Below, one piece after another: positions 18,920 through 28,886 of a stretch of DNA of 64,000 nt. Below the pieces are notes generated by a model. The model was not told the origin of the DNA. It did no database searches and worked only from the letters and a program-made list of their open reading frames with translations. Source of the DNA: Sumerlaeia bacterium (GTDB lineage: Bacteria; Sumerlaeota; Sumerlaeia; SLMS01; JAHLLQ01); assembly GCA_040219255.1 (NCBI GenBank), contig JAVJSW010000046.1:64001-128000 (forward strand), in the 5' to 3' direction. The first letter of the stretch is position 1; each line of letters begins with the position of its first letter. Position numbers and translations under genes: made by a program.

Positions 18920-19570
18920 ATGCCTCATCCCGACCACATCGCCGAAGCCGACGCCCCACCCTACGGCCCCTCCGCCACCGCCGCCGAGCCCCAGCTCGCC
19001 GTCCCCGTCCGCCGGCGCTTCACCCGCGCCGAATACGCCCAGATGGCGGACCTCGGCCTCTTCGACGGCCAGCGCGTCGAACTCTTCGAAGGAGACATCC
19101 TCGCCATGACCCCCGCCGGGCCCGGCCACTCCAGCGCCAACAGCCGCCTCCTCCAGGTCTTCTTCCGCCTGCTCCTCGAAAACCAGCACCTCCGTGTGCA
19201 GGAACCCCTCGCCCCCCGCGACAGCGAAAGCGCCCCAGAGCCCGACTTGGCCGTCGTCGCGGGAGCCCCCGGCGATTATCGCGACCGCCATCCTGAAGCC
19301 GCCCTCTTGGTCGTTGAGGTTAGCAAAGCCACCCTCGCATTCGACCGTGTCGAAAAAGCCCAACTCTACGCGCGTATGGGCATCCCCGAGTACCTGATCC
19401 TGAACCTGATCGACAACCAACTCGAATACCACGCCCAGCCTCTTCCAGATTCCGCCACCCCCGGCGGCTGGCGCTACGGAACCTACCGGGTTCTGCGGGT
19501 GGGGGAGACGGTGCGGCTGGAGGGGCTCGGCGGTGTGGAAATCCCCATTGGTGAACTCATTGATACATGA
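18920..19570 (+). CDS. Uma2 (DUF820) family putative endonuclease
   Basis: RRFTRAEY, RVELFEG, PEPDLAVV, LVVEVS..TLAFDR..KA.LYAR.GIPEY. Confidence 0.9.
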   Translation: MPHPDHIAEADAPPYGPSATAAEPQLAVPVRRRFTRAEYAQMADLGLFDGQRVELFEGDILAMTPAGPGHSSANSRLLQVFFRLLLENQHLRVQEPLAPRDSESAPEPDLAVVAGAPGDYRDRHPEAALLVVEVSKATLAFDRVEKAQLYARMGIPEYLILNLIDNQLEYHAQPLPDSATPGGWRYGTYRVLRVGETVRLEGLGGVEIPIGELIDT

Positions 19571-19574
19571 ATAA

Positions 19575-19700
19575 TTCACCGCAGAGCCCTGGAATGAAAA
19601 TCTCATACCATCGATTTTATTGGGGCCCCTTGGGAATAGCCAGCCCGCTTTCTCCAACCCTGTTTGAAAACACTGTCCTCCGTGCCCCCTTTGTGGTAAA
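19575..19700. repeat. Degenerate copy of the dispersed inverted-repeat family
   Basis: TTCACCGCAGAG (19575-19586) can pair with CTTTGTGGTAAA (19689-19700) at 11/12 positions if G-U is allowed. Confidence 0.45.
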
Positions 19701-19807
19701 AGATCATCCTAGAGCCACCTCTTCAAGCGAAAGCCTTGCGAATCGGCCGCACTCTTGCTTACCCTGCCTCCCGCATCGCTCCCCGTGGAAGGACCGCCGT
19801 CTCCGCT

Positions 19808-22714
19808 TTGGCTCCCTCGAAAACCACCTCCAAGAAACCGGCCGCAAAAAAGGCCGCCAAAGGCCCTGCGCCTAAGGCCAAGCCCAGCCGCAAGAAGGCT
19901 TCGCCCCCGAAGTCCGCGCCCGCCCCGACGCCCACCGATGCCATCACCATCCGCGGCGCCCGAACGCATAACCTCAAGAATATCAACGTCTCCTTCCCGA
20001 ATGCTCAACTCACCGTCGTCACCGGCCTGAGCGGTTCCGGCAAGTCCTCCCTCGCTTTCGACACCCTGTTCGCCGAGGGACAGCGCCGCTATGTGGAGAG
20101 CCTGTCCACCTACGCGCGCCAGTTCGTCGCCCGCCTGCCCCGGCCCGACGTGGACGATATCGACGCCATTCCGCCGGCCATCGCGCTGGAGCAGAAGAAC
20201 TCGGTCAAGAACGCCCGCTCGACCATCGGCACGGCCACAGAAATCAACGATTACCTGCGGCTGATCTGGGCCAAGATCGGTGTGCCCTTTTGCCCCAACG
20301 GCCATGGCCCGGTGCGTTCCGACACGGTGCTCGATGTGGTGCGCGAGGCTTTTGAAGGTGGCGGCCGTTTCTACGTCCTGGCGCCCGTTTCCCTCGATTC
20401 AGCCAAGCGTCTGGAAGCCACTCTCGGCGAGATGAAACGCCAGGGCTTCACCCGCCTTTTCCTCGCCGGCGAAATGCTCGACCTCGACGAACCGGACACT
20501 GCGCTGCCGGACGACCTCACCCACTTCCATGTCGTCGTCGATCGTCTCGCCGCCAAAAGCGAAGAAGGCCGCGCGCGCCTCGCCGAAGCCGTCCAGACCG
20601 CCTTCCGCATCGGCCAGGGCCGCATGAGCCTGCGTACCCCCGACGGCGAAGAGCACACCTATCACAGCAGTCTCGCCTGCAACGAATGCGGTTACGCGTT
20701 CCGCCCTCTCGAACCGCGCCTCTTCAGCTTTGGCAACCCTCTCGGCGCCTGCCCGAAATGCCAGGGCTTCGGCCGCACCACAGGGCTCGATTGGGACCGC
20801 ATCATTCCAGACCCCACGCTGGCCGTTTGCGACGGGGCCATCGCCCCCTGGCGCGGCGAATCGGGGGCCGAGATGCTGGATGACCTGCGCGTCCACAACG
20901 CCCGCTTCGGCATCAGCCTGACCACGCCGTGGAAGGACCTTTCGAACGAACACCGCGTCCTGATTAAGTACGGCAAAGGCGCCTGGGCGGGCGTCACCGG
21001 CTATTTCGATTGGCTCGAAACGAAACGCTATAAGGTCCAGGCCCGGATCCAGATCGCCCGCTATCGCGGCTACACCGAATGCCCCCAGTGCCACGGCGAG
21101 CGCCTCTGCGAAGACGCCCGCCACGTCTTGGTGGGCGGCAAGACCCTCGCCCAGGTCTGCCAGCTCCCCATCCCGCAGGCCCGCGCTTTTCTCGAAAGTC
21201 TCGACATTTCCGCCTCCGCCGCCGAAACCATCGATCGCCCCCTGCGCGAGGCCATTTCGCGCTTCAAGTACCTGGAGGAAGTCGGCCTGTCCTACCTCAC
21301 CCTCGCTCGCCAGACACGCACGCTCTCGGGCGGCGAAGCCCAGCGCATCAACCTCGCCACGGCGCTCGGCAGCGCCCTCACGGAAACCCTCTACGTTCTC
21401 GATGAACCCACCGTTGGCCTTCACCCGCGCGACACCAACCGGCTCATCGGCGTCCTGCGGCGGTTGACCGATTTGGGCAACACGGTCGTGGTCGTCGAGC
21501 ACGATCTCGATGTGATCCGCTCCGCCGAATACCTCGTCGATATCGGCCCCCGCGCAGGAGAGCACGGCGGCCAGGTCGTCTTTCAAGGCCCCCCCTCGGG
21601 CCTGACAAGATCCGCCTTTCCCGACAGCAAGACCGCCCCCTTCCTCCTCGAAGGCAAAGACCGCCCCGCAGCCACCGTTCGCCCCGCCGGGCGCCGTTCG
21701 CCCAGCGGCTGGGTCGAGGTCCGGGGCGCCTACGAGAACAACCTCGACTACCTCAACGCCCGCTTTCCGCTTGGGGTGCTCTGTTGCGTCACGGGCGTCA
21801 GCGGCTCCGGCAAAAGCACCCTCGTCTCCCGCTGTCTCTATGGCAATTACCGCCGCGAATTCCGCGGCGAAGCCGATGCCGACCCGGGCAAGATCGCCAG
21901 CCTCGCCGGCTTCGACGACCTTCAGGACGTCATCCTCGTCGATCAGTCGCCCCTCGGCCGATCCAGCCGCAGCAACGCCGCCACCTACCTCAAGGCCTAC
22001 GACGGCATCCGGAAACTTCTCGGCGAGTCGCGCGAGTCGAAAGCCCGCAACCTCTCGCCCCGCGACTTCAGCTTCAACGTCCGCGGTGGCCGCTGCGAAT
22101 CCTGCGAAGGCACCGGCCGCCAGATTATCGACATGCAGTTCCTCGCCGATGTGGAAGTCGTCTGCGACACCTGCGATGGCCAGCGCTTCCAGAAACGCGT
22201 CCTCGAAGTCGCCCATAAAGGCAAGAATATCAACGCGATCCTCGACCTGACGGTGGAGGAAGCGCTCGACTTTTTCGCCGACGAGAACGCCATCCTCAAA
22301 GGTCTCGAACCGCTCGCCGAGGTCGGCCTCGGCTACCTGCGCCTCGGCCAAAGCACCGCCACGCTTTCCGGCGGCGAAGCCCAGCGCCTCAAACTCGCCG
22401 CCCACCTTGCCGAAGCCGGCAAACGCACCGGCCACACGCTCCTCATCTTCGACGAACCCACCACTGGCCTCCACGCCGCCGACCTGGAAGCGCTCCTCGC
22501 GGTGTTCGAGAAAGCCCTGAAAGCCGGCTATTCGCTCCTTGTCATCGAGCACAACCTCGAACTCATCCGCCGCGCCGACTGGATCGTGGACCTCGGTCCC
22601 GAAGGCGGCGACCAAGGCGGCCACCTCGTCGCCGAAGGCCCCCCGGAAAGCATCGTGAAGGCAAAGGAAAGCATCACCGGCCAGTATTTGGCGCGGGAAC
22701 TCACCCGCTCGTAG
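19808..22714 (+). CDS. uvrA: Excinuclease ABC subunit A with Lys/Ala/Pro-rich N-terminal tail
   Basis: GARTHNLKN, TGLSGSGKSSLAFDTLFAEGQRRYVESLS, two LSGGEAQR signatures, zinc fingers, DEPT, GPEGG. TTG 19808 preferred as start (GGAAGGA upstream). Confidence 0.95.
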   Translation: MAPSKTTSKKPAAKKAAKGPAPKAKPSRKKASPPKSAPAPTPTDAITIRGARTHNLKNINVSFPNAQLTVVTGLSGSGKSSLAFDTLFAEGQRRYVESLSTYARQFVARLPRPDVDDIDAIPPAIALEQKNSVKNARSTIGTATEINDYLRLIWAKIGVPFCPNGHGPVRSDTVLDVVREAFEGGGRFYVLAPVSLDSAKRLEATLGEMKRQGFTRLFLAGEMLDLDEPDTALPDDLTHFHVVVDRLAAKSEEGRARLAEAVQTAFRIGQGRMSLRTPDGEEHTYHSSLACNECGYAFRPLEPRLFSFGNPLGACPKCQGFGRTTGLDWDRIIPDPTLAVCDGAIAPWRGESGAEMLDDLRVHNARFGISLTTPWKDLSNEHRVLIKYGKGAWAGVTGYFDWLETKRYKVQARIQIARYRGYTECPQCHGERLCEDARHVLVGGKTLAQVCQLPIPQARAFLESLDISASAAETIDRPLREAISRFKYLEEVGLSYLTLARQTRTLSGGEAQRINLATALGSALTETLYVLDEPTVGLHPRDTNRLIGVLRRLTDLGNTVVVVEHDLDVIRSAEYLVDIGPRAGEHGGQVVFQGPPSGLTRSAFPDSKTAPFLLEGKDRPAATVRPAGRRSPSGWVEVRGAYENNLDYLNARFPLGVLCCVTGVSGSGKSTLVSRCLYGNYRREFRGEADADPGKIASLAGFDDLQDVILVDQSPLGRSSRSNAATYLKAYDGIRKLLGESRESKARNLSPRDFSFNVRGGRCESCEGTGRQIIDMQFLADVEVVCDTCDGQRFQKRVLEVAHKGKNINAILDLTVEEALDFFADENAILKGLEPLAEVGLGYLRLGQSTATLSGGEAQRLKLAAHLAEAGKRTGHTLLIFDEPTTGLHAADLEALLAVFEKALKAGYSLLVIEHNLELIRRADWIVDLGPEGGDQGGHLVAEGPPESIVKAKESITGQYLARELTRS

Positions 22715-22763
22715 TCCCGCCTTTCGGCGGAGAAGGTCCGGCCGAGAAGCCCGTGGTACTTTT

Positions 22764-23936
22764 TTACACCGCCAACACCTCTCCCAACGCGCGTCCCCGT
22801 TCCTCGAACGTCCGGCGCATCACGTCCTCCACCTGGCGCGCCGCCCGGCCCCAGGAGTAGCGGCCGGCCTGGGCGAAGCCCGCTTCCATCAACCGTTCGC
22901 GGGTCCCTGCGTCCTCGCAAGCCTCCACCAGCGCCCGGTCGAACGATTCCGGCGCGTCCGGGTCGAAGAGCAGCGCAGCTCCGCCGGCCAGTTCGCTCAT
23001 CGGCGCGAGCCCCGCGCAGACCACCGGTGTGCCGACGCGCATGGCTTCGAGAATCGGGAAGCCAAAACCCTCCGCCAGGCTCGAAAACGCCAGCACCCGC
23101 GCTCGGCGGTACAGCTCGGCAATCTCGCCATCGGTCAGCCGGGGTACGACATGGACGCGGTCCGCGATGCCCAGCTCGCGCGCCAGCGCCGGGATCGCCT
23201 CGCGGCCCGCTTCGTCCAGCCCCGCCGCCGCTAAATCCCGCCCCTCCAGCGCTCCATCCTTCCACAGCGCCGCCAGCCGCCGGAGTAGAAACGCCCAATT
23301 CTTGTGCGGTTTGTGGATGCCGACGGCCAGGATGTTGCCCTCGCGCGCCCAGGCTTCGTCCGGCAGAGCCACCGCCGTCTCTTCCGCCTCGGGCCGCATC
23401 GTCGCCACCCCCGCTCCATAGGGGATCGTCAGGACCCGCTCCGGCGCGAAGCCGTAGAGCGTCTGCAATTGCACCTTGGTGTGGCGCGAGGGCGTGATGA
23501 TGTAGCGCGCGTGCCGCCTGAGGCGCGCCAGGTAGGCCTGCATGAAGAGCGCCGTGCCGCGCCGCGTCGGGTGGGTGATGTGGATCAGGTCCTGGACCAT
23601 GACCGCCATCGGTACCCGCGTCCCCAGCGGCGCCGTGTAGTGCGGGCAGAGGAGCACCTCGGCGCCATCGGTGGGCATGCGGGCGTTGACCATGCCGCGC
23701 GGATCGTAAATCCCGAGCCGAAACGGCACCGCGTTGGCCCGAAGGCCCTCTGGCATGCAGGCCCGAATCCGCCCCACCGGCCCCGCCAGCGTCACATCGA
23801 ACGGCGGAGGCGTCCGGCTCCACACACTCAGCAGCCCCCGAATCGCCGTCCCAATACCCGAATGGCCGATCATCCGCGCGTCGATGGCGACGTGACGCAG
23901 AGGCCGGGGGGGCGGGGGAGGAGCGATGATATCCAT
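22764..23936 (-). CDS. Glycosyltransferase family 4 (mannosyltransferase-like)
   Basis: AIDARM...SGIG, PHKN, SLAEGFGFPILEAM.GTPV. Confidence 0.9.
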   Translation of the reverse strand: MDIIAPPPPPRPLRHVAIDARMIGHSGIGTAIRGLLSVWSRTPPPFDVTLAGPVGRIRACMPEGLRANAVPFRLGIYDPRGMVNARMPTDGAEVLLCPHYTAPLGTRVPMAVMVQDLIHITHPTRRGTALFMQAYLARLRRHARYIITPSRHTKVQLQTLYGFAPERVLTIPYGAGVATMRPEAEETAVALPDEAWAREGNILAVGIHKPHKNWAFLLRRLAALWKDGALEGRDLAAAGLDEAGREAIPALARELGIADRVHVVPRLTDGEIAELYRRARVLAFSSLAEGFGFPILEAMRVGTPVVCAGLAPMSELAGGAALLFDPDAPESFDRALVEACEDAGTRERLMEAGFAQAGRYSWGRAARQVEDVMRRTFEERGRALGEVLAV

Positions 23937-24034
23937 GGGCGAGTCGCGATCGAACGGGGGCTAACTCCAAGACCTGCCGACTCCCGCCCCCGGAGGCAAG
24001 GCCAGAGCGGTGCGACTGGTGGGCTTTGTATTCT

Positions 24035-24272
24035 ACCACGGAGACCCGGAGGCACGGAGATGTGGTTGGCTGGAGAATCAGACTCTTCGTCAATCAGCCG
24101 AATAGACAGGGGGGTGCTTCCTGGCCATGCTTTAAAGCCAGTTAAATCAATTATTTATGGATTCTCAGGCGCCAGCAATCAATCTGCGCCATCTGGGTAA
24201 TCTGTAGCCAACAAAATCCTGTCGGCACGCGCTCGCTTCCCCCGAAGCCCCATCCCATTCATCCCATCCATC
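24035..24272. repeat. Cluster of short-period repeat units (dispersed family)
   Basis: CCACGGAG-ACCCGGAG-GCACGGAG (24036-24059); ATCTGCGCC-ATCTGGGTA-ATCTGTAGC (24182-24208); CATCCCATT-CATCCCATC-CATC (24251-24272). Confidence 0.6.
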
Positions 24273-24403
24273 GGCGGCCAATTCACCTCTTCTCCACTTG
24301 CGGCTCCCGGCGCCCCTTCCCAGGGTCAAACCGCTCACGTCGTGTGTGATCAGACCCAATCGCAGCTTTCCCCCGCTGCCGCTCCTGGTATTCGCTGGCC
24401 CTC

Positions 24404-27214
24404 ATGAAAACTGCCGTCGCCTTGTTCCGTTTCCTGACCCTTTGCACCGTCCTGTTTGTGGGTGTGCCCCTGTTTGCCCAGGACGCCGAGACCTCGGACT
24501 TCCAGGGTACGATGGGCGATGCCGCCGAGTCCGCCAGCGAAGCCGCCGATTTCCCAACCGCCGCCGATTCCGGCGGGCGCGATGCCTTCGCGGAAATCGG
24601 CGCCACGCAGGAATCCGCGCTCACCGATGATCCCGCCTCCGGAGCCGATCCTTTCGGCGGCTTTGACTTTGGCGGCGGAGGCGATGGCCCTGGCGCACCC
24701 CTCTCCGTCACATCCGAAGGCCAGCTCGCCTTTGACGAAAACGTCGCCTATGGCCTCGGCCGCACCACCGTCGTTTTCGGCGACATGACCATCGCCGCAG
24801 ACCGCATGGCCATCGATGTCATCACCCGCACCGTGACCGCCGAGGGCAACGTCACCGTCACCGGCGAAAAGCAGGACATCCGCGCCAGCCGTGCCCGCTA
24901 CGACTTCCGCCTCAACGAAGGCGTCGCCTACGATGTCGAAGGCGTTTACGGCCCCTTCTTCTTCCGTTCCATCTGGGACGAGGAAGAAAACGGCCCCTCC
25001 TTCCGCCGTGTCAGCGAAGACGAAGCCCTCTTCCGCGGCGCCTCCTTTACCACGTCCACCTTTCCCGTGCCGACCTATTACATCACCGCGTCGGAAGTCC
25101 TGATCTACATGGACGACCGCATTTTCATCAAGAACGCCACGTTCTGGGTCTGGGCCAACCCGGCTATTCCGCTGTTCTGGCTGCCGGTTTACACCGTCGG
25201 GTTCGATGGCGGCTCGCCCTGGTCTTTCTCCGCCGGTTACCGTTCGCGCTATGGCGCGTTCCTCAGCGTCGGCTACGATGTCTCGCACGAATCGAAAGTC
25301 CCCGCCTGGGACGACCCGGACCAGATGAACGTCCGCAGCTCAGGCAAGCTTGGGGTTCGCACCGACCTCTTCAGCGGCGGCGCCGTCGGCGTCGGAGCCA
25401 AGTACCGCTACCGCTTCGACTTCAAGCGCCACATCGGCAGCCTCGAACTCTACGGCGTCCGCGACTCGGTTCGCGATGTCGATGGCGAGACCGACGAAGA
25501 ACGCTGGCTCTATCGCCACCGCCACAACACGCTCTTCGGCAACACGCTGTTCCAGCTCAACGCCGACTGGATGAGCGACCCCGACCTTTACTTCGACCTT
25601 CTCGACGGCGCCGGAGCCGACAGCGTCAGCGTGGATGTCGCCGCCCAGGCCGATACCGCCCTGGAAGACGCCGAACGGGGCCGCGTTCCCGAACGCCGGC
25701 TGCGCTCCGCCATCGCTTACGTGAAAGACGACTATGTCGCCCGTCTGACCGGCGAGATCAAAGACCGCGTCACCCGCGACCGTTACCAGGACTTCACCGA
25801 TCCCGACGACGATAACCTGAATTACGAACCGGACCTCGATTTCGATGACGAGGACGACGACACGGAGGGCATCCCCAGCAGCCGCTATGGCCGCGTCACC
25901 GAGCGCCTCCATGGCCGCGTCGCCACCCGAATGCTGCCGCTGCTGCGCACACCGCTGTTCTGGCGCGCCGAGGTCAATGGCTTCAACGCCCTCGACGCGG
26001 GCTTCAACGAAGGCGACACGGAAGACGACGAGCGCATTTACGGCGGCGACGTCTATGGCGCCTTGTCGCATCGCCTTCGCCTCGATCCGCAGGGCCGCTT
26101 CACTTGGCTGAACCAGGTCGGCGCCGGAGCCGGGGCCTACGAACGCACCAGTGACGCCTTGATTTCGCGCAAGAAGCTGGCGGATTTCCGGGGCGTCATG
26201 GGTGCCGACCCGCGCGATGTGCGCGTCGATGGCCAGCGCTATCGCAACGCCAGCACCATCTATCTCGGCGAAGGCGACAACCGCCTCGATTACGAGGACG
26301 TCGATCCCTTCTTCCTGTGGGCCGACTACACTTCTCGCCTCAACGCGCGCTTCACCGATACCCTCTCGGGCTACGTTCAGTACTATGTCCGTCAGCTCAG
26401 CAACGACTCGGCCGGAACGTTCTTCGAGGAGGCGGGCCGCAAGGAAGCGTTCCAGGACATCTACGACTTCCCCACCCGCGAGCATTACGTCGAATCCCGG
26501 CTGGATTACCGCCTTCTCTACCCGAACTTGGGCATGTATGTGTTCGGCCGCTATAACTTGCAAGACGACAATGAAATCTTCGCCAACGAACCGGCGTGGC
26601 AGACCGGCACCGGCTTCGACTACCTGAACGACTCCGGCGAGTTCGGAATCGCTGGCGGCGTCGGCGTGGATGAATTCCAGCTCCGCGACCCCGGCGACCC
26701 GAACGAGTACCGCCGATCGAACGCCTACGCCAACTTGCGGACCAGCTACACCCCGATCCACAATCGCTACTACGCCGGCCTCAACATCGGCGGAAACAAG
26801 ATCCTGGAAGACGATCCCGCCGACGATCCCCCGGAAGAAGAAGAAAATCGCTTCGACGAGGACGACTCGGAATTCACCATCGAACCCGTCATCGGCAAGC
26901 GCTTCGGTCCCAAATACCTTGTCGAGGTCGGCGCCGAATACAACTCCGACATCGACGATTTCAAGGAAGCGGGGGTGACCATCGAGCGCGAACTGCCCGA
27001 TTTCGTCCTCGCCTTCTTCTTCGGCTTTAAACTCAACACCTTCGAGGACCGCGACGAACTCAACGACCGCGACCGCGACGAGCGCGATGGCGACCGCGAA
27101 CTCGACTTCCGCGTTTCCGCCCGTTTCAAGCAGCCAGGCGAACGCGGTGAACTCTCCGCCGTCTCCGTCACGACGCTTCGTGAACGTCAGCGCCGCGCCG
27201 AATTCGCCGAGTAA
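24404..27214 (+). CDS. lptD: LptD-like LPS-assembly outer-membrane beta-barrel protein
   Basis: Signal peptide; OstA-like beta-jellyroll (TIAADRMAID..TRTVTAEGNV, ARYDF), SFTTS..PTYYITASEV, IPLFWLP, GYRSRYG, WMSDPD; Tyr/Phe-rich alternating strands. Confidence 0.7.
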   Translation: MKTAVALFRFLTLCTVLFVGVPLFAQDAETSDFQGTMGDAAESASEAADFPTAADSGGRDAFAEIGATQESALTDDPASGADPFGGFDFGGGGDGPGAPLSVTSEGQLAFDENVAYGLGRTTVVFGDMTIAADRMAIDVITRTVTAEGNVTVTGEKQDIRASRARYDFRLNEGVAYDVEGVYGPFFFRSIWDEEENGPSFRRVSEDEALFRGASFTTSTFPVPTYYITASEVLIYMDDRIFIKNATFWVWANPAIPLFWLPVYTVGFDGGSPWSFSAGYRSRYGAFLSVGYDVSHESKVPAWDDPDQMNVRSSGKLGVRTDLFSGGAVGVGAKYRYRFDFKRHIGSLELYGVRDSVRDVDGETDEERWLYRHRHNTLFGNTLFQLNADWMSDPDLYFDLLDGAGADSVSVDVAAQADTALEDAERGRVPERRLRSAIAYVKDDYVARLTGEIKDRVTRDRYQDFTDPDDDNLNYEPDLDFDDEDDDTEGIPSSRYGRVTERLHGRVATRMLPLLRTPLFWRAEVNGFNALDAGFNEGDTEDDERIYGGDVYGALSHRLRLDPQGRFTWLNQVGAGAGAYERTSDALISRKKLADFRGVMGADPRDVRVDGQRYRNASTIYLGEGDNRLDYEDVDPFFLWADYTSRLNARFTDTLSGYVQYYVRQLSNDSAGTFFEEAGRKEAFQDIYDFPTREHYVESRLDYRLLYPNLGMYVFGRYNLQDDNEIFANEPAWQTGTGFDYLNDSGEFGIAGGVGVDEFQLRDPGDPNEYRRSNAYANLRTSYTPIHNRYYAGLNIGGNKILEDDPADDPPEEEENRFDEDDSEFTIEPVIGKRFGPKYLVEVGAEYNSDIDDFKEAGVTIERELPDFVLAFFFGFKLNTFEDRDELNDRDRDERDGDRELDFRVSARFKQPGERGELSAVSVTTLRERQRRAEFAE

Positions 27215-27233
27215 TCCATCCGCCCCCTTTCCT

Positions 27234-28853
27234 ATGTCCCGAGAAATCACTCTTTTGCCCGATTCCGCCGCCAGCGTTCTGCGCTGGGTGGCTTTTGGGA
27301 TTCTGGCGGCGGTGATCGGGCTCGCCCCGGCGATCTTCTGGCCCATTGGCGAGGGCGGTTCGCCCAGCGTTTCTCCGCCGCTCCAGCTCGCCAAGTCCGG
27401 CCTCATCCGCTACGGGGGAGCCGCGATTCTGCTGGTTTGCGCCGCGCTCCTGGTTGGGGACCCTCTCCGCCATTGGCTGCGGGCCCGGCTCGGGGTCCTG
27501 CTGCTGGCCGCGCTTCTCCTCTGGGCGGGCTTTTCCATTTTGCTCTCGCCCAACAGCGGACTCTCCCTGAACCAGTACCTCAACCAGGCCATGCTGATCG
27601 CCGTGGCTGCGCTGACGCCGCTTTTCCTGCGCACGGGCCGCCAAGTCTGGGTCCTCCTCGCCTGCTCCCTCGCCGGGTCTGTTGTCGTGGCCGCCGTCGT
27701 CTGGCTCGCGGTTGCGGGGTTCACTTCGATCACCCAACCGATCTACGGCAGCGATCCCCTCGCCATGCTCGAACAAGGCGCCGACCTCGCCGGGTCCCTC
27801 GAAGGCGGTCGGGGCCGTGCCGCGGCGATTTCCACCCTTGGCAATCCGGAATACACCGGCTCGTTTCTCGCCGCCGCGTTCCTGCTGGCCGGATGTCTGG
27901 CGATGGACGGCTGGGGCAGCCGGCGGGCCCATCGCTGGGGCTTCTGGGCGGGGCTGCTGCTCATGGCCTTTCTCGGCGGTGCCGCTCTCCTCAGCGAATC
28001 GCGCACGGTGGCCGTCATCGTCGCCGCTGGATTGCTCGCCCGCTGGCTGCTGTCCACTTCGTTCCGCGGAGTGACAATTGTTTCTGTTTTGTCTATTTTA
28101 GCCGTCAGTGGCGTCTTGATGGGGCCGGCGGCGGTCCTTGTGCCAGGGTCTCTCATTCTTTTCGCGGCGGTGGTGATCGAATACCGCCGCGGCCATCTGA
28201 ACGAGAACTGGACGCGGCTCGATGCCCGCATTCGCAAGCTCTTCCTCTTCGCCCCTGTCGTGCTGCTGCTCGGCCTGCTGGCTGTCGCCACCGTCAGCCC
28301 CCTGCGCGTGCGGGCCGTGCGCTACGCCAGCCGCTTCGCCGAGTCCGATTCCAGCGACCGCAGCGTCCGCATGCGCCTCGTGCTGTTCATGCTCGCTGGC
28401 GAGATGGCCCTCCAGGACCCGGTCTTCGGCGCCGGGCCGGGGTTCTATGGGCCGCGCTATTTTCCCGCGCTCGACGATGTCGTGCGCTCCGACGCGAGCG
28501 GGACCATGGCCTTCGCCCGCCTGGACGCCCGCACGTGGTTCGGCAAGCAAGCGCACAACGATTTCCTCCAGATGGCCGCCGAACTCGGCGTGCCCTATCT
28601 GGCGCTGTTCCTCGCGCTCCTGACCTGGGTGTTCTGGCGGCTCTCGCGGATCGCCCGGGCACCAAGCCCTGACGCGTTTCTTGCTGGCCTTGCGCGGGCC
28701 CTCGCCGTTACCCTTGTCGGTTACATGGCGATGATGCTGAGCAGCTTTCCCCTCGACGAAGGCGCCCGCACCGCCACCTTCTGGGGACTCGTGGCCGCCG
28801 CCGTGGGTCTCATCGCCATCGCGGCCGAGCAATCCGAAGCCCCGCCCGCCTGA
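27234..28853 (+). CDS. O-antigen ligase (WaaL/Wzy_C) family membrane protein
   Basis: Many TM segments; STLGNP, SESRT, R..LF...PVFGAGPG, AHNDFLQMAAELG. Confidence 0.85.
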   Translation: MSREITLLPDSAASVLRWVAFGILAAVIGLAPAIFWPIGEGGSPSVSPPLQLAKSGLIRYGGAAILLVCAALLVGDPLRHWLRARLGVLLLAALLLWAGFSILLSPNSGLSLNQYLNQAMLIAVAALTPLFLRTGRQVWVLLACSLAGSVVVAAVVWLAVAGFTSITQPIYGSDPLAMLEQGADLAGSLEGGRGRAAAISTLGNPEYTGSFLAAAFLLAGCLAMDGWGSRRAHRWGFWAGLLLMAFLGGAALLSESRTVAVIVAAGLLARWLLSTSFRGVTIVSVLSILAVSGVLMGPAAVLVPGSLILFAAVVIEYRRGHLNENWTRLDARIRKLFLFAPVVLLLGLLAVATVSPLRVRAVRYASRFAESDSSDRSVRMRLVLFMLAGEMALQDPVFGAGPGFYGPRYFPALDDVVRSDASGTMAFARLDARTWFGKQAHNDFLQMAAELGVPYLALFLALLTWVFWRLSRIARAPSPDAFLAGLARALAVTLVGYMAMMLSSFPLDEGARTATFWGLVAAAVGLIAIAAEQSEAPPA

Positions 28854-28886
28854 CTTTCCATCCCCCAAGGAGACAGCCCACCGGCC

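Noticed and set aside
19661-19672. TGTTTGAAAACA as a LexA box for uvrA
   Set aside because: Does not fit known LexA box patterns and lies within the repeat element.
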